32,000 nucleotides of DNA. It comes from Lyngbya sp. CCY1209 (GTDB lineage: Bacteria > Cyanobacteriota > Cyanobacteriia > Cyanobacteriales > Microcoleaceae). Positions 24,875-32,000 of the stretch are shown one piece after another; positions within the stretch are counted from its first letter, which is position 1; each line of letters opens with the position of its first letter. A program made the position numbers and the translations under genes. The stretch spans positions 1-32,000 of the forward strand of contig NZ_JAJENU010000642.1 in NCBI RefSeq assembly GCF_035615495.1. The letters are read 5' to 3'. The notes beneath the pieces were generated by a model. That model worked only from the letters and a program-made list of their open reading frames with translations, had not been told where the DNA came from and ran no database searches.

Positions 24875-26749
24875 TTAGAAGCTGAGGAAATTGTCGGCGC
24901 CCAATTCCTGGGGATAAACCCCCTCAACCGTCGCCAAATCCGTGCCGTCCGTCATCTCCACCAACGTGCCGCCGGGAGTCGCGCTCAGGGACAGTTGCGA
25001 GAACGTCAAACCGCCGGCCAAACCGATGATATCTTCGCCGGGGACGAAATCGCCGAAGGTGTCGAAACCGCCGTCCGGTTGCAAGTCGAAGCGATCGCCC
25101 CCTTCCCCGCCGATGAGCAGGTCATCTCCCTTATTGCCACTGAGAATATCGTGACCCTGGCGCCCCAACAGGATATCATTTCCCTGTCCGCCATATAACT
25201 GGTCGTCCCCGGCTTCCCCGAGAATCGCATCGTCGCCGCCGAACCCCGCCAAAACCTCGGAAGCCGCGCTTCCCGTCAACTCGTCATTCGCCGGAGTCCC
25301 CAGGTTGGGCTCAGAAGTCGCATCCCGGGACACCCGCACCAAACCGGAATCCACCAGGGAAACGGCTGCGTCCGCCTGAATCAGGCCGGAACCGCTGCGA
25401 AAATCGACTCCGGCGACATCCGCATCGATCGCCGTCCCGTTGAGAACCGCCTCGATTTCTGCGGGGGTCAGACTCCCCGAACCGCCGGCCGCATCCAACA
25501 TCAGGGCCGCCACCCCCGCCGCGTGGGGGGCCGCCGCCGAGGTGCCGTAGAAGGACTCAAACCCGGAAACCGTGGTGCTGACGCCGTTGGGGGCGACCAA
25601 CGTGGGTTTCAGGCGTTCTTCGGGGGTCGCCAAAGCGGTGCCGGTGGTGTCGAATAAAATCGAAGTGCCGCCGGTGGAGGAAGAGGACCGGACGCTGGGG
25701 GTGGCGACTCCGAAGGCCGGGGTGCTGTCGTAGTTGACGGCGCCGACGGCGATCGCACTTTCGGCGTTGGGATGTCCGAAGACGGTAGAACTATTGTAGT
25801 CGAATTCAAACCCCTCGGCATCGTCGTAGAAATTGATGTATTTCATCAACTGCGGGTCGTCGCTTCCCACCCGCTTGCCGATCAGAATGTTGAAGCTCTG
25901 GCCGTCGGTGTCGTTGGTGAAGGAGAGCAGTTCCAGGGGGTCGCCGCCGAGGTTGTCATCCATACTCGCCATGATGATATCGGATGCATCTAAAGTACCG
26001 AGGTCGTCGTTGGTGGTGATAAAGATGTCTAGGTCGCCCGTCGCACCCGGGCCGCCGAGGGAGGCGAAGGGCTCGGACCACTGAAAAGAGAGGCGCATCG
26101 AATCGCCGCGGGCCAAACTGAAGCGGTTGAAGACGTCGCTGCCGCCGAAACTGTGGGCTTCGTATTCGATGCCGTCGAGGGTGAAGGTTTGGCCGGAATT
26201 GCTGAAGGGATTTTCGTAGGAGCGATCGCCGTCATTTCCGGCCGCGGAAAAGTAGGTGATTCCTCGGGCGACGGCGTTATCGACGGCCCGCGCCGCCAGT
26301 CCATCTTGGAAGAAGGGTTGGTCGGTGAAACCCATGTCGTCCACGATGATATCGACTCCGGCATTGGTCAAACTTTCGATCGCCCCGGCCATGTCGGTGT
26401 TGTCGGAAACGCTGTAGAAAAACAGTTCCGCGCCGGGGGCGACGTCGTGGAGAATTTGCAGCATCGCCCGCCCTTCGTCGCGGCCTTTTTCGGGGGAGCC
26501 TTCATTTAAAACGGTGACGGGGGCGGTGTAGCCGTTGGGGTTGCCGAGTCCGGGGAGGTCGCCGGCGATGATGTTATCGGCCGCGCCGGAACCGGTGGAT
26601 AATACGTCGTAGCTGTCGGAGATGACGCCAATTTTGATGCCGTTTCCGTCGATTCCGGACAGGTTGCGGATGTCATTGGATGCGATCGCGATGTCGCCTT
26701 CGCTCTCAACTGTTCCGACTCGATTGATGACTGTATTATCCAAACTCAT
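24875..26749 (-). CDS. Subtilase-fold (clan SB, S8-like) peptidase-like protein with C-terminal RTX calcium-binding repeats
   Basis: The ORF begins at TTG 26776. ATG 26749 (MSLDNTV...) has GGGAGG 5-6 nt upstream. Motifs are IKIGVISDSYD, DEGRAMLQILHDVAPGAELFFY, FSAAGNDGDRS and FYGTSAAAPHAAGVAALML. GGxGxD nonapeptide repeats lie at about 25088-25246 (GFGGDDAILGEAGDDQLYGGQGNDILLGRQGHDILSGNKGDDLLIGGEGGDRF). No N-terminal signal peptide. Confidence 0.75.
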   Translation of the reverse strand: MSLDNTVINRVGTVESEGDIAIASNDIRNLSGIDGNGIKIGVISDSYDVLSTGSGAADNIIAGDLPGLGNPNGYTAPVTVLNEGSPEKGRDEGRAMLQILHDVAPGAELFFYSVSDNTDMAGAIESLTNAGVDIIVDDMGFTDQPFFQDGLAARAVDNAVARGITYFSAAGNDGDRSYENPFSNSGQTFTLDGIEYEAHSFGGSDVFNRFSLARGDSMRLSFQWSEPFASLGGPGATGDLDIFITTNDDLGTLDASDIIMASMDDNLGGDPLELLSFTNDTDGQSFNILIGKRVGSDDPQLMKYINFYDDAEGFEFDYNSSTVFGHPNAESAIAVGAVNYDSTPAFGVATPSVRSSSSTGGTSILFDTTGTALATPEERLKPTLVAPNGVSTTVSGFESFYGTSAAAPHAAGVAALMLDAAGGSGSLTPAEIEAVLNGTAIDADVAGVDFRSGSGLIQADAAVSLVDSGLVRVSRDATSEPNLGTPANDELTGSAASEVLAGFGGDDAILGEAGDDQLYGGQGNDILLGRQGHDILSGNKGDDLLIGGEGGDRFDLQPDGGFDTFGDFVPGEDIIGLAGGLTFSQLSLSATPGGTLVEMTDGTDLATVEGVYPQELGADNFLSF

Positions 26750-27285
26750 GACAACCTCCCGAGGAATCAAATGCAAATTCCCTAAACTTTTCGATGCAAA
26801 ATTAAATGGGATTAAAAAGGGACGATCCGAAGATCGATTTTTGATAGATTTCGGTGGCCCTGCAGGGAGGCCGAGAACTCGAATGTCTCTCGCTTTTTTC
26901 TATCTGTCCTTATTATCGACCCGCCACCACGGTTTCGGCATCAGTTAGACTACTGAACTTTTGATATTTATTTGTGTAAAACATTTGTCGGCGATCGCCC
27001 CAAATAACGTAAAAATACGGAGACAAATTTTCGCAAGCTTTGGCAAACTTCCGTAATTTTACGGGGGTAGATGACGTGGAATTCGTCCGGAAAAATACTG
27101 ACAAACTGACCGTGGCGATGTATTCCGCTTTCCGAGAATTTACGGTTAAAACCCCTCGCGTGCGGTCACTTTTTTATACAGGGTTAATGGCGAAAAATCA
27201 GGAATTTCACGGAGAGGTGCCCCTGTCGCGATCGCGCCCCAACTCCCACATGGCGGGGGTCGGAGCCGTTTCCGCCGGAATTTGT

Positions 27286-27322
27286 AAAGGGACGAAAACC
27301 GGCCCGGGTTGAACGTCCCTTT
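27286..27322. terminator. 9-bp-stem hairpin just downstream of the second peptidase gene
   Basis: AAAGGGACG-19 nt-CGTCCCTTT lies 10 nt beyond the stop at 27332. The T-run lies on the plus-strand side, so the orientation and function are ambiguous. Confidence 0.35.
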
Positions 27323-27331
27323 TTCGGTATG

Positions 27332-29044
27332 TCAACCGAACATCGGGTCTTCGTGCCAAATGTCGGGCGGGCCGGCGATTTCCGGGACTTCTGGCAACTC
27401 GGGCCAGATGAACCCCCCCGGCAAACCGGAGATCAAATCCGCCGAAAGCTCTGGGGGGACGGGCTCGGCATTCCGCAGCAGGCGATCGCTATCCGAACCG
27501 CCGATGGGGATATCCGCGAAGGGAGCGGGCGATATCGAGGGGATTTCCGGGGTCAATTCTCCCGTCAGGGAGTCGATTGGCTCGGATTCGAGCCCTTGCA
27601 GGGCGGCATCGGCCCGAACGAACCCGGCGCCGCTGTAGTTGTCCCAACCTTCGGTTTCCGCATCCAAGGCAGTGCCCTGCAAGATCTGTCTGACTTGAGC
27701 CGGGTTCAGACTGCCGGAACCCCCCGCCGCTTCCAACAGCAACGCCGCCACCCCCGCGACATGGGGGGCCGCCGCCGAGGTGCCCTGGAAGTTGGGAAAG
27801 GAATCGTCGTCGAGGATGCTGTCGGTGCCGAAAAAGGTGGTGTTGATGCCGTCGGGGGCGACGACATCGGGCTTTTGCCGGATTTCCGGAGAGGGGAGGC
27901 GATCGCCGAGGGGGTCGAGATAAATGGGTATTCCCCCCACGGAGGAGGACGATCGCACCCGGGGGGTGGAATTTCCGAATTCCGGGGTATTGTGGTAACT
28001 CAGGGCTCCGACGGCGATCGCACCTGCCGCGTTGGGATGTCCGAAGAGGGTGGCGGCGTCGTGGCCGTATTCAAACTCCCGCCCGGAACCGCCGAAGTTG
28101 ATGTATTTGATGCGTTCGGGTTCGGAACCGGAGTCGAGCCGCTTTCCGATCAGGATATGAAAATTTTCGCTATCGGTGGAGTTGCTAAAGGACAGTAGTT
28201 CCAGGGGATTCGCGCCGATATTGTCGTCGGTACTCGCCGCGGCTACGTCGTCACCCGACAGGGTGTTTAAGTTATCGTCGGTGACGATAAAAATATCGAG
28301 GTCGCCGGCCGCATCTCCGAAGGGTTCGTCCCACTGGAAGGAGAGCGTCCCGAGATCGGCGCCCGGGTTCAATCGAAAACGGTTGAAGACATCGACACCC
28401 GCCCCGGAGTCGAAGTCGTGGGCGCTGTAGGGGATGCCGTCGAGGGTGAAGGTGCGGCCGGAATTGCGAAATTCGTCTTCGTAGGAGCGATCGCCGTCAT
28501 TCCCCGCGGCGCTGACGTAGACGACTCCGGCGGCGGCGGCGCGATCGACGCTCTGGGCAACGATGCCATCCTGGAAGAAGGGCTCATTGACGAATCCCAC
28601 GTCGTCCACGATGATATCGGCCCCCGCTTCTGTGAGTGTCGCGATCGCTTCCGCCATGTCTTCGGGACTGGAGACACCGTGAAACATCAGTTCAGCCGCC
28701 GGCGCGATGTCGTGAATGATTTGCAGCATAGCTCGCCCTTCGTCTTTGGCGCGATCGAGAGAGCCTTCCCGCAGGACGTTGACGGGGGTGCCGTAGCCGT
28801 GAGGGTTGCCGATACCGGGCAAATCGCCCGTCAAAATGTCATTTTCTGCCGTGGTTTCGCTCGGGTCGCGATCGTAGCTGTCGGAGATGACGGCGATCGA
28901 AATTCCCCGACCTTCGACATCAAAAAGTCTCCGGGCGTTGTCCGCCTGCATGGCGATATCCCCCTGGCTGGTGGCGGATTCGGCGCGATTAATCATTGAA
29001 AATTGATGGATTTCAAAATAATTATTCATGTCTTTTGCGGGCAT
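27332..29044 (-). CDS. Subtilase-fold (clan SB, S8-like) peptidase-like protein, paralog without RTX repeats
   Basis: 570 aa with ATG 29044 (later in-frame ATGs are possible). Motifs are ISIAVISDSYD, DEGRAMLQIIHDIAPAAELMFH, VSAAGNDGDRS and FQGTSAAAPHVAGVAALLL. The C-terminus is Pro/acidic-rich instead of RTX. No signal peptide. Confidence 0.75.
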   Translation of the reverse strand: MPAKDMNNYFEIHQFSMINRAESATSQGDIAMQADNARRLFDVEGRGISIAVISDSYDRDPSETTAENDILTGDLPGIGNPHGYGTPVNVLREGSLDRAKDEGRAMLQIIHDIAPAAELMFHGVSSPEDMAEAIATLTEAGADIIVDDVGFVNEPFFQDGIVAQSVDRAAAAGVVYVSAAGNDGDRSYEDEFRNSGRTFTLDGIPYSAHDFDSGAGVDVFNRFRLNPGADLGTLSFQWDEPFGDAAGDLDIFIVTDDNLNTLSGDDVAAASTDDNIGANPLELLSFSNSTDSENFHILIGKRLDSGSEPERIKYINFGGSGREFEYGHDAATLFGHPNAAGAIAVGALSYHNTPEFGNSTPRVRSSSSVGGIPIYLDPLGDRLPSPEIRQKPDVVAPDGINTTFFGTDSILDDDSFPNFQGTSAAAPHVAGVAALLLEAAGGSGSLNPAQVRQILQGTALDAETEGWDNYSGAGFVRADAALQGLESEPIDSLTGELTPEIPSISPAPFADIPIGGSDSDRLLRNAEPVPPELSADLISGLPGGFIWPELPEVPEIAGPPDIWHEDPMFG

Positions 29045-29645
29045 AATTTATGGGTGAAGCTGGCAAAAATAACCCGTTTTTGTCGCCCCATTAATTTCAA
29101 TATATGGCTTTTTATTGTTATCGACATCGGTGAAAATAACATCTTTTTTTTGCGTATTTTTCCGGATGAATCTTGGCGTCAGACTCCCCCCAAACTCCCC
29201 TCCGAACAATCCGCCTCTATCGGGATTAAGAAGATGGCGATCGCGGGTCACAATTGCGGAGGAGGAAATTCACTCGCGACGCCCGAGCCGATTTTAAAAT
29301 GATTAAAAAATACAAAAAATAGCTCTCCATTCATAAAAGAGAGCTTGGATGTCCAGATTAAAACCATCGAAGTCGGGGAGAATGAATCACCGGCGATCGG
29401 TCGGTTCCGCCGGGCGATCGCGCCCGTTGAAGGGGGGACGCGATGAGGCTCGGGGTAAAAACCGTTTCAATTCACCCCATTTTTATCGAAAAAATACCCA
29501 AATTCAAGGTTGAATTTCCCTTCATTTGATATCGTTTTCAACCGTATTTTATCGCGGCATCAAATTCCATTCAATTGGGACTCATATCAAATCCGTTTGT
29601 TTGACCGCCCCCCCCTCGCACCCCCCCGGCCCCCATCCCCCCCTA

Positions 29646-29715
29646 CCCCCCTTTGTAAGGGGGGAGATAAGGGGGGAGGCCGGTTTCCCGTGGGGGCAAC
29701 CTTATAGGGTTGCCC
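29646..29715. repeat. GC-rich palindromic elements (two perfect 8-bp-stem hairpins)
   Basis: CCCCCCTT-tgt-AAGGGGGG spans 29646-29664 and GGGCAACC-ttatag-GGTTGCCC spans 29694-29715. Both sit in the long spacer downstream of the AAA+ gene. The composition resembles the 51-bp repeat unit at 14402. Confidence 0.5.
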
Positions 29716-29730
29716 GATGTTTGAATATTC

Positions 29731-29778
29731 AAACCAAAAAGCCCGATCGCCCCCCCGGTGAAGTTCGGGAGGCGATCG
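29731..29778 (-). terminator. Rho-independent terminator of the AAA+ ATPase gene
   Basis: On the minus strand, the HIP1-based stem CGATCGCC/GGCGATCG (29744-29751 / 29771-29778), with inner CCCG/CGGG pairs, is followed by TTTTTGGTTT (29740-29731). It starts 9 nt after the stop at 29787. Confidence 0.55.
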
Positions 29779-29786
29779 CTCTCAAG

Positions 29787-31634
29787 TCAAGCCCGGTTCG
29801 GGCCGGTTCTCATTCGCTGCCGGTCGAGGATCCCAAAAGCGGCGTCAAAATCGTCGGCGGTAATTCGGATCGCGGCCGGGTCCTCCACTCCTCGAGAACG
29901 ATGGCGGCGGATGGCCTCCACCGCGGCCCGATCGCCGAGCAATGCCAGACTCGCCCCGTTCCAACCCTCGGTGCGATCGGCCCAATTACCCAAATCGACA
30001 TTTTCTAACGGACGTCCCTGGTTGTGGACCTGCAAAATTGCCAGCCGACTGGCCGCATCGGGCCGGTCGATCAAGAGCTGCAAATCCAACCGTCCGGCCC
30101 GCAACAGAGCCGGGTCCAGGGCATCCCGCCGGTTGGTGGCGGCGACGACGATAATCTCGGCCCCGACTTGCACGCCGTCCAACTCCGAGAGCAACTGGCC
30201 AACGACGCGATCGCTCACCCCCGAATCCCCGCCGTAACTGCCGCGGGCCGGTGCCAAGGTATCGATTTCGTCGATAAACACCACGCAGGGTGCCGCCTGT
30301 CTCGCCTTGGCGAACAATTCCCGGATCGCCTGTTCGCTGGCGCCGACCCACTTACTCAACAACTCCGGGCCGTTGACGCTGATAAAATTCGCCCGTCCTT
30401 GGGATGCGATCGCTTTTGCCAGCAGGGTTTTGCCCGTCCCCGGCGGGCCCCAGAGCAAAATCCCTTTGGGTGGGGTCGCCTTGGCCTGCCGATACAGTTC
30501 CGGATTCAACAGAGCCCCCTCCACCGACTCCTGGAGAATCTGTTTCACCTCTTCGAGCCCACCAATATCGGACCAGTTCACCTCCGGCGTCTCGACCTCC
30601 ACGGACCGCAACACCGCCGGCTTGACTTCTTGAAGGGCTTGCAGGAAATCCGACTGTTCCACCGTCAGGATCTCGGGAATTTGGGCATCAATGTGGGGCA
30701 CCTGCCGCCGCAGGGCACTGTAGGCCGCTTTCTGGCAGATCGCTTTCAAGTCCGCCCCCACGAACCCCACGGCCAGATCGGCGATCGCACCGAGATCGAC
30801 TTGCCCATCGAGAGGCATAGCCGCGGTGAGAATTTGCAAAATTTCCAGACGTCCCTGGCGATCGGGGACTCCGAAGACAACTTCCCGGTCGAACCGCCCC
30901 GGCCGTCGCAGGGCCGGATCGACAGCATCCCGGCGGTTGGTGGCCGCCAGGAGGATGACGCCTTCGGTTCGGGCGAACCCGTCCATCAAACTCAGGAGTT
31001 GGGCGACGAGGCGCTTTTCGACTTCCCCTTCGACTTGGGAGCGATCGGGGGCGATGCTATCGATTTCATCAATAAAAATAATACAAGGTGCATTTTTGGC
31101 GGCTTTCTCGAAAATTCCCCGCAGTTTTTGTTCGGCTTCCCCGTAATATTTGCTCATCACCTCGGGGCCGGCTAGGGCGATATAGTTGGCGTCGAGTTCC
31201 CGGGCGATCGCTTTTGCCGTCAGCGTCTTCCCTGTCCCGGGAGGGCCGACCAGCAGCACCCCCTTGGTCGGTTCCAACCCCAGTTTTGCCAACAAATCGG
31301 GTCTTTTTAAGGGGATGGCGATCAATTCCTTCAATTCTGTCACCACCTCCGCCAGACCCCCCACATCTTTGAGAGAGGGGACGCTTTCTGTCTGAGGGGG
31401 GACGACTTGTGCCCCGGAATCGGCAGCGGACTCGCCGGAACTTCCGGGGGGCGGGGTTTTAATATGACTCGTTCCCACACTGCCGGTGCGGGGAATATTG
31501 CCGGTGCGGGGAATATTGCTCACCGATCGCGTTCGATATTGAATATCGGCGGCGACCTCTCCTTTTTCGATCTTGTCCTCCAAGGTTTTCGCCAATTCAA
31601 GGAGGTCTTGAAAATTTTTAAATAGGTCGTTCAT
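29787..31634 (-). CDS. CDC48/p97-like AAA+ ATPase with two AAA modules and a short non-canonical N-terminus
   Basis: 615 aa with an ATG start.
- D1: LLVGPPGTGKTLTAKAIA (Walker A), [13 protein letters not shown] (Walker B).
- D2: LLWGPPGTGKTLLAKAIA (Walker A), VVFIDEIDTLAP (Walker B).
- Second-region-of-homology style ATNRRDAVDPALRRPGRFD and ATNRRDALDPALLRAGRLD. Confidence 0.85.
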   Translation of the reverse strand: MNDLFKNFQDLLELAKTLEDKIEKGEVAADIQYRTRSVSNIPRTGNIPRTGSVGTSHIKTPPPGSSGESAADSGAQVVPPQTESVPSLKDVGGLAEVVTELKELIAIPLKRPDLLAKLGLEPTKGVLLVGPPGTGKTLTAKAIARELDANYIALAGPEVMSKYYGEAEQKLRGIFEKAAKNAPCIIFIDEIDSIAPDRSQVEGEVEKRLVAQLLSLMDGFARTEGVILLAATNRRDAVDPALRRPGRFDREVVFGVPDRQGRLEILQILTAAMPLDGQVDLGAIADLAVGFVGADLKAICQKAAYSALRRQVPHIDAQIPEILTVEQSDFLQALQEVKPAVLRSVEVETPEVNWSDIGGLEEVKQILQESVEGALLNPELYRQAKATPPKGILLWGPPGTGKTLLAKAIASQGRANFISVNGPELLSKWVGASEQAIRELFAKARQAAPCVVFIDEIDTLAPARGSYGGDSGVSDRVVGQLLSELDGVQVGAEIIVVAATNRRDALDPALLRAGRLDLQLLIDRPDAASRLAILQVHNQGRPLENVDLGNWADRTEGWNGASLALLGDRAAVEAIRRHRSRGVEDPAAIRITADDFDAAFGILDRQRMRTGPNRA

Positions 31635-31641
31635 TTTAATG

Positions 31642-31694
31642 GGGAGTCGGGAATAGGGAGTCGGGAATAGGGAATAGGAAACTTTTCACTTTTC
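31642..31694. repeat. Short tandem repeats in the spacer between the AAA+ gene and the pentapeptide gene
   Basis: GGGAGTCGGGAATA x2 plus GGGAATA spans 31642-31676. ACTTTTC x2 spans 31681-31694 and overlaps the pentapeptide gene stop. Confidence 0.7.
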
Positions 31695-32000
31695 ACTGTC
31701 TAAAGGCGTCCCTTCTACACAGGCACCGTCGAGACAGGCGCCGTCCCACTGCGTCCCTTCGACGATCGCGCACAGGAGGTTGGCCCGTTCCAAGTTGGCG
31801 CCGCGCAACACGGCGCCGCTCAAATCCGCCTCCTCCAAATCCGCCGAGGCGAGGTCGGCCCCCGATAGGTTGGCGTTTCGGAAGTCGCAGGACTGCAAGA
31901 GCGCCTGGGACAGGTTCACCCCCCGCAAATCGGCGCCTTGGAAATTGACGCCGCTCAAATCCAAATTGCCCAGGGCTGTCCCGGTCAGAAAGGCCCCGGC
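31686..32000 (-). CDS. Pentapeptide-repeat protein (5' end beyond the window)
   Basis: A(D/N)LxG-type pentapeptides run throughout (GADLRGVNLSQALLQSCDFRNANLSGADLASADLEEADLSGAVLRGANLERANL). The codon at 31964 is TTG. The frame stays open to base 32000 and still reads as pentapeptide repeat (AGAFLTGTALGN), so the gene is truncated by the window edge. Confidence 0.8.
   Translation of the reverse strand, partial: AGAFLTGTALGNLDLSGVNFQGADLRGVNLSQALLQSCDFRNANLSGADLASADLEEADLSGAVLRGANLERANLLCAIVEGTQWDGACLDGACVEGTPLDSEK

Noticed and set aside
27040-27312. 90-aa plus-strand ORF (TTG start) between the two peptidase genes, ending at a hairpin with a T-run
   Set aside because: It has a weak start codon, no SD, no motifs and heterogeneous composition. 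The hairpin is equally well explained as the terminator of the convergently placed peptidase gene. The ORF 26913..27104(-) was rejected for the same reasons.
29048-29251. 67-aa GTG-initiated ORF ending 4 nt before the second peptidase start, as a possible propeptide or inhibitor-like partner
   Set aside because: It has no recognisable motif, uses a non-ATG start in an AT-rich promoter-like region, and has no counterpart upstream of the paralogous peptidase. It is kept only as something to test with Ribo-seq.
30024-31175. 383-aa plus-strand ORF antisense to the AAA+ ATPase gene
   Set aside because: It is fully nested antisense to a gene with two complete Walker A/B sets, and its translation is low-complexity R/G/P/Q-rich sequence.
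1-32000. Mobile-element borders (integrase, transposase, tRNA attachment site, long terminal direct repeats) around the AT-richer candidate locus
   Set aside because: I looked for them in the ORF translations and spacers and found none. The only repeats are short intergenic tandem or palindromic elements.

Overview
All calls below come from motif recognition by eye, with no database search. Start codons and domain borders are approximate.

This is a cyanobacterial chromosomal segment. The HIP1 octamer GCGATCGC recurs throughout (e.g. 480-487 and a tandem pair at 4444-4457), and STRR-like heptamer repeats sit in several spacers. I saw no rRNA, tRNA, CRISPR array, transposase or integrase.

Gene content, left to right:
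- **1) Minus-strand signalling cluster (161-7674):** a CBS-GAF histidine kinase, a small cupin, a membrane PAS/PAS/PAS-GAF histidine kinase and a CheY-like receiver.
- **2) HEAT and hydrolase genes:** a HEAT-repeat protein translationally coupled (ATGA overlap) to an ICMT/PEMT-like membrane methyltransferase, then a lipoprotein SGNH hydrolase and an orphan family-5 ABC substrate-binding lipoprotein.
- **3) Main candidate (12301-17299):** gene A fuses a class III nucleotidyl cyclase, a TIR domain and an AAA-like P-loop ATPase. Gene B carries a paralogous ATPase, a TM helix, two WD40 repeats and a TPR-like tail. A 4 x 51-bp hairpin-containing tandem repeat separates them. It reads like an NLR/STAND-type conflict system split over two proteins, and I do not recognise it as a named system.
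- **4) Housekeeping-type genes:** a Tab2/DUF1092-like protein, a small membrane protein and a GAF protein.
- **5) Sulfide/thiol island (19605-24524):** sqr and a Cys-rich ArsR-family regulator diverge from an operon of DUF302, DUF2892, a PetC-type Rieske paralog, a rhodanese and an ACR3/BASS-like permease.
- **6) Subtilase-like paralogs:** two tandem clan-SB proteins without signal peptides, one with C-terminal RTX repeats. Both have an atypical EGR motif where S8 enzymes have HGT.
- **7) Right end:** a two-module CDC48-like AAA+ ATPase and a pentapeptide-repeat protein truncated by the window edge.
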